The notes under the pieces are model-generated. The model saw only the letters and a program-made list of their open reading frames with translations. It ran no database searches and was not told the DNA's origin. From NCBI GenBank assembly GCA_947573445.1, contig CANPFR010000001.1, positions 195,811 to 259,810 of the forward strand: DNA of 64,000 nucleotides, read 5' to 3'. Every line of letters starts with the position of its first letter. Position 1 is the first letter of the stretch. This DNA comes from an uncultured Clostridia bacterium. GTDB lineage: Bacteria > Bacillota > Clostridia > TANB77 > CAG-508. This document shows positions 21,688 through 32,154 of the stretch, in pieces. The translations under genes were made by a program, and so were the position numbers.

Positions 21688-22209
21688 ATGAAAAAGTGGT
21701 TAGTGGTTATATTAGTGATTTTAACAGTATTAATTTGTGGGATTTTATTATTTAATACAAATGTTGAGGTGGAATATGTTCCTGAAACAGAGATTGCAGA
21801 GGTAGACATGCGAAAAACAATGATTACATTGTATTTCCAAAATGTGGAGAATAAGGAGTTGCAGAAAGAAAGCCGATTAATCGATTCCAAAGATTTATTA
21901 CTGGATCCATATGCAGAATTGCTAAATATGTTAATAAATGGTCCAGAAAGTGATTTCCTTCAAAAAACAATCCCAGATGGCACAAAGTTGTTAAATGTGG
22001 AATTGGTGGGGGATTGTTTGCAGGTAAATTTGTCAAAAGAATTTGTTGAAAATAGCTCAAATGATGAAGTTGAAAGGAGAAATTACATAAATTCAATTGT
22101 CAATACTGTGACAGAATTAAATGAAGTAAATGCAGTTAAAATTTTAATAGAAGGTGAAGAGGCAGAAGGATTTACAGAGAATTTTCAAAAAGAAAAAGAA
22201 AACAATTGA
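21688..22209 (+). CDS. GerMN-domain protein (germination/sporulation-associated lipoprotein-like)
   Basis: Signal/TM anchor MKKWLVVILVILTVLICG, then the GerMN pattern (TLYF...LLNGP...LNVELVGDCLQVNLSKEF...KILIEGEE). The ORF is open from 21628 and the RBS supports the start at 21688. Confidence 0.65.
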   Translation: MKKWLVVILVILTVLICGILLFNTNVEVEYVPETEIAEVDMRKTMITLYFQNVENKELQKESRLIDSKDLLLDPYAELLNMLINGPESDFLQKTIPDGTKLLNVELVGDCLQVNLSKEFVENSSNDEVERRNYINSIVNTVTELNEVNAVKILIEGEEAEGFTENFQKEKENN

Positions 22210-22300
22210 CAAAATTTAGCAAATATGATATAATAAAATAAAGAAAGAGCCATACTTTTATTAAGTGTGGTCTTTTTTTATAAAAAATAAGGGAAAAAAG

Positions 22301-23047
22301 ATGGAAAATATAAAGTTATATAAAAATGAGAGAATAGATGATTTACAATACAAAGGTTTAAAAATCATTCAAAATAAAGAAGGATTTTGTTTTGGCATTG
22401 ATAGTGTATTACTTTCGGATTTTGCAAAAAGCATAAAACCGAATAGTACAGTGTTAGATATTGGGACTGGCACAGGAATTATAGGTTTATTACTGTGCAG
22501 AAAAACAGAACTTTTGAAAATATATGGTGTAGAGATTCAAAAAGATGTTGCTGAAATGGCAAAAAGAAGTGTAAGACTCAATCAATTAGAAGGGAAATTT
22601 GAAATTATAAATTGCAATGTAAAGGACATTTTAGATTTTTTACCTGCCCATTCTATTGATTGCATTGTCACTAATCCACCTTATAAAAAGGCCAATACAG
22701 GCATAAAAAGCGAAGACGAAAAGCAACTAATTTCAAGGCATGAAGTAAAATGTACATTAGAAGATGTGATAGAAAAAAGTAGTAATTTATTAAAAGATAA
22801 AGGTGAATTTTTTATGGTACATCGAGCTGAAAGAATGGTAGACATTATGTGTGCTCTAAGAGAATATAGATTGGAGCCGAAAAATATCAGATTTGTCCAT
22901 TCCAAGCAAAGGGAAAAGCCTAATTTAATTCTGGTAAAAGCCATCAAACATGCAAATCCGTTTTTAAAGATAGATAAACCTCTTATTATTTATGATGAAG
23001 AGGGGAATTACACAGAGGAAATTAACCAAATTTATGGAAGAAAATAA
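22301..23047 (+). CDS. Class I SAM-dependent methyltransferase of the tRNA1(Val) (adenine37-N6) TrmN6/YfiC type
   Basis: SAM motif LDIGTGTGIIGL and the catalytic NPPY motif (TNPPYKK). It sits upstream of rsmI, as the yabB-yabC pair does in Firmicutes. Confidence 0.55.
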   Translation: MENIKLYKNERIDDLQYKGLKIIQNKEGFCFGIDSVLLSDFAKSIKPNSTVLDIGTGTGIIGLLLCRKTELLKIYGVEIQKDVAEMAKRSVRLNQLEGKFEIINCNVKDILDFLPAHSIDCIVTNPPYKKANTGIKSEDEKQLISRHEVKCTLEDVIEKSSNLLKDKGEFFMVHRAERMVDIMCALREYRLEPKNIRFVHSKQREKPNLILVKAIKHANPFLKIDKPLIIYDEEGNYTEEINQIYGRK

Positions 23048-23246
23048 GGAGACATATGATTAGGAAATAGTGAAAATAGAGAAATAAGCCATTTTGATTA
23101 GGATTTTGACATAAATTTGAAGGTATTGTATAATAAAATATAAGATAATTGATAGAAAAGAGGAATAATCACAAAAAAAAGATTGTACATAGAGCTGTGA
23201 AGCATTAGTATGTAAAAAAATAGAAATTTTAGGAAAGGGAATCGAA

Positions 23247-24080
23247 ATGTCAGGAAAATTGTATTTGGTGGCAACACCAATTGGGAATTTAGAGGATATT
23301 ACATTACGAGCTTTGCGTATTTTAAAAGAGGTGGACATGATTGCAGCAGAGGATACAAGGCATACGCTTAAGTTGTTAAATTATTTTGAGATTTCTAAAC
23401 CATTGATTAGTTATTACAAACAAAATGAATCCACAAGAAGTGTGGAACTTGTGGAAAAGTTGCAGGCTGGAAAAAATATTGCGATAGTTTCTGATGCAGG
23501 AACGCCAGGAATATCAGATCCTGGTGAACAAATTGTGAAATCTGTTATTGAAAATGGGATAGAAATTGTTCCGATTCCAGGGGCATGTGCGTTTGTAAAT
23601 GCGTTGATTTCTTCTGGAATTTCAACCAAAGAATTTTGTTTTTTGGGATTTTTATCAGCGATGAAAAAAGAGCGAAAAGAAAAATTACAAGAGCTCAAAT
23701 ATGAAACCAAAACACTAATTTTCTACGAAGCTCCACATAAATTAAACAATACATTAAAAGATATGTTAGAAATTTTGGGTGATAGGGAAATTGTTTTAGC
23801 AAGAGAACTTACTAAAATCCATGAAGAATTTATACGTGGAAAAATATCCGAGATTTTAGAAAATAAAGAAGAAATTAGGGGGGAATTTGTGCTTATTTTG
23901 GAGGGGAGCTGTGAATCGAAAAGGGAAATGGAATTAAAAAAATTCAATTGTATGACATTAGAGGAACAATATGAGTTTTATAAAAATCATGGATTGTCGA
24001 AAAAAGAGATTATAAAACAGATTACAAAGGACAGAGGGGTTAATAAAAATGAGATTTATCAGTATTTTTTAGATAAATAA
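23247..24080 (+). CDS. rsmI: 16S rRNA (cytidine1402-2'-O)-methyltransferase RsmI
   Basis: Tetrapyrrole-methylase-fold N-terminus LYLVATPIGNLEDITLRALRIL...AAEDTRHT. Confidence 0.85.
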   Translation: MSGKLYLVATPIGNLEDITLRALRILKEVDMIAAEDTRHTLKLLNYFEISKPLISYYKQNESTRSVELVEKLQAGKNIAIVSDAGTPGISDPGEQIVKSVIENGIEIVPIPGACAFVNALISSGISTKEFCFLGFLSAMKKERKEKLQELKYETKTLIFYEAPHKLNNTLKDMLEILGDREIVLARELTKIHEEFIRGKISEILENKEEIRGEFVLILEGSCESKREMELKKFNCMTLEEQYEFYKNHGLSKKEIIKQITKDRGVNKNEIYQYFLDK

Positions 24081-24117
24081 AAAGTGAGAATTTGTGTGTT
24101 CTCACTTTTTGTTTTTA
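24080..24117. terminator. Bidirectional terminator (AAAAGTGAGAA-TTTGTGTG-TTCTCACTTTTT)
   Basis: Lies between the convergent rsmI (+) gene and the 24115-24462 (-) gene. Confidence 0.65.
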
Positions 24118-24462
24118 TAATTTATAATTAAATTTAAAGGAATAATAATTTTTCTTTTCAAATCGAACGCTAATACCTTCTGATTTAGCGAAATTATCAG
24201 ATGCAAATTTGACTGATTGAGCAGAACAGTTTGTTGTGAATTCGTAATAATTGTCATCAGTTGGTAATTGATATAATACCGAACCATTGCTATCCTTTTT
24301 GATAATAACTTCAATGGTATAACCATCATCATTGGCTAAAAGTTGGGTGTCTGTATTCAAGAAAAGATTTTTAAGTTCGGCCCAGAAACTCTTAGCACCA
24401 TCTATCATTTGTTTTTCTTGTAATTTTAATACACGAGCATCTAATTTTTCTTTTAAATTCAT
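24115..24462 (-). CDS. Hypothetical protein (115 aa)
   Basis: ORF with an RBS. Matched no family I recognise. Confidence 0.35.
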   Translation of the reverse strand: MNLKEKLDARVLKLQEKQMIDGAKSFWAELKNLFLNTDTQLLANDDGYTIEVIIKKDSNGSVLYQLPTDDNYYEFTTNCSAQSVKFASDNFAKSEGISVRFEKKNYYSFKFNYKL

Positions 24463-24609
24463 TTTAAAAATACCTCCTTGAAAAATAGAAATTATAATAT
24501 AGAAATATTATAAAGGAAAAATTAAAAATTGTAAACATTTTTTTACAAAAAAATTAAAAAAAGTCATAAAAATTTTGGTAAATTTATATAATGAATTAGA
24601 GGTAAAAAT

Positions 24610-25191
24610 ATGATTAATAAGATTTGGTGTTTTTTTATTATAATTTCAATTATTTTTTCATTATTAAATGGAAATTTGGAAAATTTAAATCAAAGCATAT
24701 TTTCATCTATAAATGATACAACTCAAATGGTAATTAATTTATTTGGAAGTATGTGTTTTTGGTGTGGAATTATAAAAATAATTTCAGAAACAACATTGCA
24801 GGAAAAAATGAAAAAAATTATCCATCCGTTAAATAAAAGAATTTTTAAAAATTTAACGCCAAAAAGCAAAGCGTATGAATACATTACAGTAAATATGGTA
24901 ACCAATATGTTAGGGATAGGGAATGCTGCTACACCAGCTGGTTTGAAAGCAGTGGAAGAATTGGAAAAGATGAATCCTGATAAAAATAAGTTATCAGATG
25001 AAATGATTTTATTTATTGCAATCAATACAGCATCTCTTCAATTGATTCCTACCAATGTGATAGCGATTAGAAATAGCTTAAATTCCCAAAATCCGAGTGG
25101 GATTATAATAGCAGTTTTATTTTCAAGTGTTATGACTTTTTTAGCTATTATTTTTTTAACAAGATTGTATTTAAAAATGAGGAGAAATTAA
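24610..25191 (+). CDS. spmA: Spore maturation protein A (nucleoside-recognition-domain membrane protein)
   Basis: Close pattern match to SpmA (MINKIW...GNAATP.G.KA..EL). It is immediately followed by spmB with abutting stop and start (TAAATG). Confidence 0.8.
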   Translation: MINKIWCFFIIISIIFSLLNGNLENLNQSIFSSINDTTQMVINLFGSMCFWCGIIKIISETTLQEKMKKIIHPLNKRIFKNLTPKSKAYEYITVNMVTNMLGIGNAATPAGLKAVEELEKMNPDKNKLSDEMILFIAINTASLQLIPTNVIAIRNSLNSQNPSGIIIAVLFSSVMTFLAIIFLTRLYLKMRRN

Positions 25192-25722
25192 ATGAAATTA
25201 GTGCAATATTTAGGTAGTTCAGCTATTATATTTATGATAGGATTTATTGTAATTTATGGTGTTTTAGAAAAGAAAAATGTATTTGAAATATTTATGAAAG
25301 GAGTTGTAGAAGGACAGAAATTAGTTATAAGTTTATTTCCAACATGGCTTGGATTATTTGTGGCAGTTGGAATGTTAAAGGCATCTGGAATAATAGAATT
25401 TTTGGTGGAAAAAATAGATGGTATCGTAAAAAATTTTTTTGTTTACAAGGAAATTTTACCATTGATTTTTTTAAGACCAATTTCAGGAAGTACCGCTACA
25501 GTTATGGGAACTGAAATTATGAAAAATTATGGAGTTGATAGTAATATTGGATTGCTGGCATCTTGTATTATGGGATCCACCGAAACCACCATTTATGTAG
25601 TTGCACTATATGCATCAAAATTGAGAAATAAAAATTTTAAACCAGTACTAATAATTGGATTGATAGCTGACTTTTTATGTATCATTTTCTCGGTGTTAGC
25701 ATTGAATTTAGGATTGATGTGA
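25192..25722 (+). CDS. spmB: Spore maturation protein B
   Basis: 176-aa membrane protein directly coupled to spmA, which is the canonical pair. Confidence 0.8.
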   Translation: MKLVQYLGSSAIIFMIGFIVIYGVLEKKNVFEIFMKGVVEGQKLVISLFPTWLGLFVAVGMLKASGIIEFLVEKIDGIVKNFFVYKEILPLIFLRPISGSTATVMGTEIMKNYGVDSNIGLLASCIMGSTETTIYVVALYASKLRNKNFKPVLIIGLIADFLCIIFSVLALNLGLM

Positions 25723-26151
25723 TTATTAATAATAAAGCTGGAAAAATAGTTGATTGGAAAACAGAGCCTATTTGATGAAAAATGTCGAATTTTGTAAATG
25801 AAAATGTTTTGACATTTGAAAGAGTTAGTGTTAAAATATAATAAATTGAAGTTCAATTGGTATTTCTGCCAAAATTTTCACCAGTAAAAATTAAAAAAAC
25901 AGATAAAAGTGTAAATAACATAAAATAAAGAAGTATTAAAAAATTTTAAAGTATGTTAAATATTTGGAAGCAAGGTAATAGTATGTCACCAGTAAATTGA
26001 AATGTAAAAAAAGATGTTATTTGTAATAATTTTTACATAAAATTATAAAAGAAAGGTGGTGATAACATGGTGATACTCAATATCATTTTGCTAATTTATC
26101 TAATAAAAAGGCTAATGGTAAAAATAATGGCTTATAAAATTTATCATCTTA

Positions 26152-26943
26152 TTAAATATTAACTACTTTGCTTGGAGAATGACGATTTGCTACAGAAAGC
26201 TGAAGAATAGCTAAATCGTTATCATTTTCAATTAATTCATTGGCAACAGTTTGATAAGCAAGTTCTGGAAAATTATTTTCTTTGCTCAAATGTCCAAGCA
26301 TAACTTCTTTTAAATTATTTTTTTGTAATAAGTTAGAAATTGTTTTTCCTGCAGTTGAATTGGATAAATGTCCCTGAGGACCACTAATACGTTGTTTTAG
26401 TGAAAATGGATATTTAGAAACTTTTAAAATTTCTGGGTCATAATTAGATTCCAAAAATACAAATGAACTGTCATATAGTTGTGAAATTAGGCGATTATCC
26501 ATATAACCCAAATCTGTTGCAATACTTAGTTTTTTTGAATCATTGTGAATATTGAAACCACAAGGATTAGCAGCATCATGAGGTGTACTAAATGGATGAA
26601 TTGTTAAATCGTTTAGTTTGAAATCAGTGTCATTTTCAAATGTATGAATGTTATGTGGATCGATTTTATTGCGTTGTTTTTCCATAGCATTCCAAGTTTC
26701 AAGGTTTGCGTATACAGGAATATTATATTTTTGTGAAACAGTTCCGATGCTTTGAACGTGATCAGAATGCTCATGGGTTACTAAAATGGCATCAATATCT
26801 GTTATAGAAGTACCAATGGATTCCAATCCTTCACATACTTTTTTACAACTAACTCCAGCATCAATTAATATTTTTGTGTGGTTTGAATTTATAAATAGGC
26901 AGTTACCAGAACTGCCACTAAAAATACTACAAAAGTTTATCAT
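26152..26943 (-). CDS. MBL-fold metallo-hydrolase (YycJ/WalJ-like)
   Basis: Metallo-beta-lactamase motif VTHEHSDH together with downstream His/Asp ligands. Confidence 0.7.
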   Translation of the reverse strand: MINFCSIFSGSSGNCLFINSNHTKILIDAGVSCKKVCEGLESIGTSITDIDAILVTHEHSDHVQSIGTVSQKYNIPVYANLETWNAMEKQRNKIDPHNIHTFENDTDFKLNDLTIHPFSTPHDAANPCGFNIHNDSKKLSIATDLGYMDNRLISQLYDSSFVFLESNYDPEILKVSKYPFSLKQRISGPQGHLSNSTAGKTISNLLQKNNLKEVMLGHLSKENNFPELAYQTVANELIENDNDLAILQLSVANRHSPSKVVNI

Positions 26944-26979
26944 AATTTTATCCTAATTCTACCTAATTTTATCTTTTTG

Positions 26980-28255
26980 TTATTCTTCAACTCTTTCGAT
27001 TTTTGCACCTAGTTTTCTAAATTTTTCTTCAATGTTTTCATATCCACGATCAATATAGTTTAAATTATAAATTTCAGTTTTCCCTTTTGCTACAATACCA
27101 GCGATGATTAATGCAGCACCAGCACGTAAATCGCAAGCATAAACAGGGGCAGCGTTTAATTTATCGACACCTTCAAATACAGCACTTTTCCCTTGAGCAG
27201 TAATTTGTGCACCCATTTTGTTTAATTCAGCAGTATATTGAAAACGAGATTCCCAAATGCTTTCATTAATAATGCTTGTCCCTTTTGAAAGAGACAAAAC
27301 AACACCCATTTGAGGTTGCAAATCAGTTGGAAATCCTGGGTAAGGTAATGTTTTTATAGTTGCTTTATTGGTTCGTGTGTTACACCAAACACGTAAATGA
27401 TCTCCATTTGCATCAACATTTCCACCAATTTCAATGATTTTGGCAGTGATGGATTCTAAATGTTTTGTAATGCAATTTTTGATAATAACATCCCCTTTTG
27501 AAGCAATAGCAGCAAGCATAAATGTACCTGCTTCAATTTGATCTGGAACAACCGAATAAGAAGCATTTCCCTTCAATTCTTTTACACCATTGATTTTGAT
27601 AATATCAGTTCCTGCACCACGAATATCAGCTCCCATTGTATTTAGAAAATTGGCAACGTCTACAATATAAGGCTCCTTAGCAGCATTATCAATAACGGTT
27701 GTACCCTCAGCCAAAACGCTAGCAAGCATAATATTAATTGTTGCACCAACTGATACAACATCCATATAAATAGAATTTGCTGTTAATTTTTTTGCTTTAG
27801 CTGTGATATTTTCATTAGAAACCTCAACATCAGCTCCCAAAGCTTCAAAACCTTTGACGTGTTGGTCAATTGGTCTAGCTCCTAAATTACAGCCGACCAG
27901 GTAGACCAACTTGGGCTTTTTTGCATCTTCCAAGTAAGCTACCAATTAAATAATAAGAGGCTCTAAATTTGCTGGTAATATCAGATGGTGCTTTATAAGA
28001 ATTTATATTTCGATTATCGATTGTTACTTCATGTTCAGAGTTCCAAGTTACAATAGAACCTAAACTTTTTAATATATCACAATATAATTTTACATCACTA
28101 ATGTTTGGTAAATTCTCAATGGTACAAACTCCGTTGATTAGTAGAGTAGCGGGGATAATAGCTACAGCAGCATTTTTTGCACCGCTGATAACAACTTCAC
28201 CCTTTAAAGGAGTATTTCCTGTAATGACTAGTTTTTCCAAAACAATTCCCTCCAA
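26980..28255 (-). pseudogene. murA: UDP-N-acetylglucosamine 1-carboxyvinyltransferase MurA, interrupted by a single-nucleotide insertion (possible sequencing error)
   Basis: Two overlapping ORFs (27887-28255 and 26980-27945) together encode a full-length MurA. The join falls exactly at the conserved LPGGC(N/A)IGARP segment. In gene sense the sequence reads CCT GGT cGG CTG TAA, and deleting the C gives [18 protein letters not shown]. Confidence 0.75.
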
Positions 28256-28617
28256 ATTTGATTTTATTTAGATAAAAAATTAAACTCATAAAAAACTATA
28301 TCATAAATGTAAAATATTTACAATATAAATTTGCAAAATTTTTAAAGTTATTTTTATAAATAAGGTTTCTTTCTTTTTACTTAAATATATTAAGGAGATA
28401 TAGCAGATTGTAGTGCAAATAATCTTTTTATTGATGTTTGGTTTTTGATGATTTTTATCTTAAATTGGATAAAATTGCAAAAAATATTGACAAGTAGGTA
28501 AATATAATGTAAAATACAAACAATAGTTCTGTTGCTACAAATACAACTTCAACAGTAGGAATTAAATATTAATATAAAGAGTAGATAAATTACAATTTTT
28601 TCATATATTATATAGGG

Positions 28618-29151
28618 GTGAAAAATTTGTATTGTTGTGAGAAAAAATGTAATATATGCTATTTGGCTATTCGTATTAGTCTAATTGTAATATTACTAAT
28701 ATGGAATATTACTTTGACAAGTATAGTATCAAATGAAAATCCTGCACATATAAATAGCTTTAATTATGCACCTGAGAATTTACAAGATGGAGGATATATC
28801 ACTTTTGATACTAATAGGGTTATAGAGAAAAATGATATAACACATCAAGAAGGAAGTTCAGATTTTATAATTAATAAAGAGGGAAACTATTATATTCAAT
28901 TTAATACTACTGTTTATGAACCACCCTCAACAGGGAAGGAAACAACATTATCAGTTTATTTAGAGCATAATAATGCTACGATATATGGTACAACTGTTGG
29001 AGAAACTGTTGCCAATGCTTATCAAACAGTCAATTTGAGTTTTGGAGTGATTGTTAAAGCAAATAGTGGTGATGTTTTGAGAATAAAAAATAATTCTAGA
29101 ACAGTAGTCGAATTATTACAACCTAATATAACTATTATAAGAATAAAATAA
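28618..29151 (+). CDS. Membrane-anchored protein with a C-terminal C1q/TNF-like (BclA-C-terminal-like) beta-sandwich domain (tentative)
   Basis: N-terminal Cys-rich segment and TM helix. The C-terminal ~130 aa (ITFDT...YYIQFNTTV...SGDVLRIKNNS...NITIIRIK) resemble exosporium BclA/C1q-like domains. The call is tentative and rests on pattern alone. Confidence 0.3.
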   Translation: MKNLYCCEKKCNICYLAIRISLIVILLIWNITLTSIVSNENPAHINSFNYAPENLQDGGYITFDTNRVIEKNDITHQEGSSDFIINKEGNYYIQFNTTVYEPPSTGKETTLSVYLEHNNATIYGTTVGETVANAYQTVNLSFGVIVKANSGDVLRIKNNSRTVVELLQPNITIIRIK

Positions 29152-29326
29152 ATATAAGAGCATAAAGGACAAATGAAAAGGAATGAGCCCAGTGAAATTT
29201 AGAGTTCATTCCTACTTGTCTAGTACTGAATAAGAAATGTTCAATTTTTTGAATTCAGTACAGAAATTATCTATCTTTTTAGGTTATAATCATTATGAAA
29301 AATTACAATTTTGAGGAGAAATAGCA

Positions 29327-29839
29327 ATGTTAGAAATAAGACAAGAAAATATAAATGATTATGAACAAGTATATCATGTTATAAAGACTGCATTTGAAAA
29401 AGCTGAGCATCGTGATGGAAATGAGCAAAATTTAGTTATTGCATTGAGAGAAAGTAAGTCATTTGTTCCTGAATTATCATTAGTAGCTGTAAATAAAAAT
29501 AAAATTGTAGGTTATATTTTATTTACTAAAGTTCAAATTGGAGATAGTACAGAATTAGCACTTGCACCATTAGCAGTATTGCCAGAATACCAAAGAAGAG
29601 GAATAGGTACAAAGTTAATAAAAGAAGGACATAAAATAGCAAAACAATTGAATTATAACTATTCTATTGTTTTAGGAAGTAATAAATATTATGCTAGATT
29701 AGGATACGTTCCTGCAAGTAAATACAATATAAAAGCATCGTTTGATGTTGAAGATGAATATTTTATGGCTATTCCGTTAAATGAAAATGCAACAGCAATA
29801 AATGGAATCGTTGAATATGATAAAGTGTTTGGAATATAA
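29327..29839 (+). CDS. GNAT-family N-acetyltransferase
   Basis: Acetyl-CoA-binding motif QRRGIGTKLI. Confidence 0.7.
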   Translation: MLEIRQENINDYEQVYHVIKTAFEKAEHRDGNEQNLVIALRESKSFVPELSLVAVNKNKIVGYILFTKVQIGDSTELALAPLAVLPEYQRRGIGTKLIKEGHKIAKQLNYNYSIVLGSNKYYARLGYVPASKYNIKASFDVEDEYFMAIPLNENATAINGIVEYDKVFGI

Positions 29840-29868
29840 AAACAAATTATAATTCATAGGAGGAATAG

Positions 29869-30291
29869 ATGATAAGAAGATTTGAAAAGAATGATATAAA
29901 TAATATAATGCAAATTTGGAAAAATGAAAATATAAAGGCTCACAAATTTATTCCAGAAACATATTGGAAAAATAATTATAACTATGTAAAAGAAGTTTTG
30001 CCAAATGCAGAAATAAATGTTTATCTTATTAAAGAAGAAATCGTAGGATTTATTGGATTAGATAATAATTATATTGAAGGAATTTTTGTTGATACCAATA
30101 ATCAAAGTAATGGAATAGGAACATCTTTATTGAATAATGCAAAAGAAAGCAGAAATAGTTTGACTCTAAAGGTATATAAGAAAAATATAAATGCGATCAA
30201 TTTTTATAAAAAGAATCATTTTGTGATTATAAGTGAAAATATAGATGAAAACACAAATGAAATAGAATATATGATGATTTGGAATAGATAA
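29869..30291 (+). CDS. GNAT-family N-acetyltransferase
   Basis: Motif NGIGTSLL, 140 aa, in tandem with the preceding GNAT gene. Confidence 0.65.
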   Translation: MIRRFEKNDINNIMQIWKNENIKAHKFIPETYWKNNYNYVKEVLPNAEINVYLIKEEIVGFIGLDNNYIEGIFVDTNNQSNGIGTSLLNNAKESRNSLTLKVYKKNINAINFYKKNHFVIISENIDENTNEIEYMMIWNR

Positions 30292-30404
30292 AGAAAAAAT
30301 TATAATGGGTTAAACTATAAATCATACAAAATCAAAAAAGGGCCTGTAAAAAATTTAAACATTTCTTCTTTTTAGAAGATAGTATTTTTTACAGCCCTTT
30401 TTGG

Positions 30405-31025
30405 TTAACTTTTGCTATTAATTAATTCAATAATTTTAAATTTAAATTCTACGGTTTCTGAATCTTCTGAAACAATGGCGAATTCTTCATCAGATAGGTT
30501 TTCTCTTAAATATTCTTCTCCTTTTTCGTCAATAACACCAGAAGATACACTTACAAAACAAAGTGGTGGGAATAGAGAACACCACCAGTTTTGGCCTTGT
30601 GCTTCCCCAATTTCGATTTTTAAAGCATCGTAGTTTCCAGCAGGTAAAGAAATATTTCCATAATATTTGGTTGGAAAATAAAAATTACCAATTTCAATAT
30701 TAACAGAATATTCATAACCATTTTCCTGGATAACGTGTTCTGCAATTTGCTTGAAATCTTCTATATGTTCATTAGATAACTCAATAACCGCTTGTTTGTC
30801 CGATGTCTCAATTGTTAAAGTTTCCATATAAGCTAAAATAGCGTCACGTACTTTTAGTTTTAGTGCTTGATCTTCTTCTGAATCGCTGTTAGCTAGAATA
30901 TGAAGTCTGAATATATTTTCAGCAAGTCCTTCTGAAATATTAGTTGCATATGAATAAACAGTAATGGTAAAAAATAGGGCAAATAAAATAGATAGAAGAA
31001 TGAAGGTTTTTAAAAAATTTCTCAT
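30405..31025 (-). CDS. spoIIR: Stage II sporulation protein R
   Basis: Signal peptide followed by the hallmark RLHILANSDSEEDQALKLKVRD motif of SpoIIR. Confidence 0.75.
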   Translation of the reverse strand: MRNFLKTFILLSILFALFFTITVYSYATNISEGLAENIFRLHILANSDSEEDQALKLKVRDAILAYMETLTIETSDKQAVIELSNEHIEDFKQIAEHVIQENGYEYSVNIEIGNFYFPTKYYGNISLPAGNYDALKIEIGEAQGQNWWCSLFPPLCFVSVSSGVIDEKGEEYLRENLSDEEFAIVSEDSETVEFKFKIIELINSKS

Positions 31026-31168
31026 TTTACATTTCCTTTCTAAATTTTATAAAATTTTCTATTACATTAAGTATTTGTAAAAATGGATAAATTATTCATT
31101 ATTTTATAAAACAAGGAAAAAAATCAGAAAAACACCGAAATTGGTATTTTTCTGAAATAACAAATCAA

Positions 31169-31857
31169 TTATCGAGTGTCGCCATTAGGACGACGATTTT
31201 TAGTAAAATTAAATTTCAAATTAGTAGAATGAGAGGAAATCTCCTTTGTAAGAACAAAATCAGGTTCTCTTTTATAAATTCCATTAATTTGAATTCTTGT
31301 TACTTTTTTTAAATGGTTATATAATTCACTCATTTGTGCAGTATTTAGTGGAATGACCCACACCACAGTTTTTTACATCAATTGTTTCGCAAGGAATTCC
31401 CAGATATTGACAGGTTAATTCCATTGTTCTTGCGATTCCTTTGCATAAAGCATAATGCTGAACTAAGCCACCATATGGAACGTCAATATGATAAATACCA
31501 GCATTTGCATAATCATATGAGGTAGGATTCCAGCCGAGAAAAACCTCTAATTAATGGATGACAATATTTAATTTCTGTTTGAAATTTGTCATACAAAAGT
31601 AAGTAAGTCTTCAATCGATCAGAAGTGTTATGAACATAATCAATGTGCCAAGTATCTAAGTGACTTTTTATTTTTTCCAATGCATCTCTCATTTCAGTAA
31701 GACATTTATTTGATGTAATTCCAATGTTAGTAGGTAAATTCAAAACATCTTTCCCTAATGTTACAGGAAGAGAGCCTAAATTAATGCGATTGTTTTTTAA
31801 AGTAGAAACAAGATTAGCAGAAATATGATTTTTAATGTTGTGTATTTTGATTTCCAT
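31169..31857 (-). pseudogene. Disrupted gene in three frames, tentatively a transglutaminase-like or cysteine-protease-like protein
   Basis: Three consecutive minus-strand ORF pieces (31513-31857, about 31370-31512, and 31169-31366) read as one protein only if two frameshifts are repaired. The first shift sits at sense TCTcGGCTGG, where removing the C joins ...LIRGFS to GWNPTSYDYANAGIYHIDVPYGG.... The middle segment carries a Cys...LGIP...GH pattern. Confidence 0.4.
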
Positions 31858-31927
31858 AATGATACCTCCTATATAATTATAATACCATAAAATGGGGGAA
31901 AAGTCAATTTTATGTCAAATTAGGAAG

Positions 31928-31960
31928 AAATATTACAAAAATATTACAAAAATATTGCAA
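31928..31960. repeat. Three tandem copies of an 11-bp unit (AAATATTACAA, AAATATTACAA, AAATATTGCAA)
   Basis: Seen directly in the intergenic region upstream of the disrupted gene. Confidence 0.6.
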
Positions 31961-32154
31961 TCATGTTACAGAAAATAAAGTCGAAAAAAAGGGAATGAAA
32001 TAATATTTTGTTGAACAGCCAAGATTGTTAGTTGTCGAAATGTAAAAAAAGTGCTAAAAATCAGGATTTCTGTCGAAAAAGGAAATACGAAAATGATTGA
32101 CCTGCAAGGGTTTCAGTGGTAAAATTTAAGTATAGAATATATGGAGGTAATAAT

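Noticed and set aside
26067-26162. 32-codon hydrophobic ORF (MVILNIILLIYLIKRLMVKIMAYKIYHLIKY) with an AAAGGTGGTG RBS
   Set aside because: It is possibly a small membrane peptide, but it is too short and compositionally typical of AT-rich DNA to call without conservation evidence.
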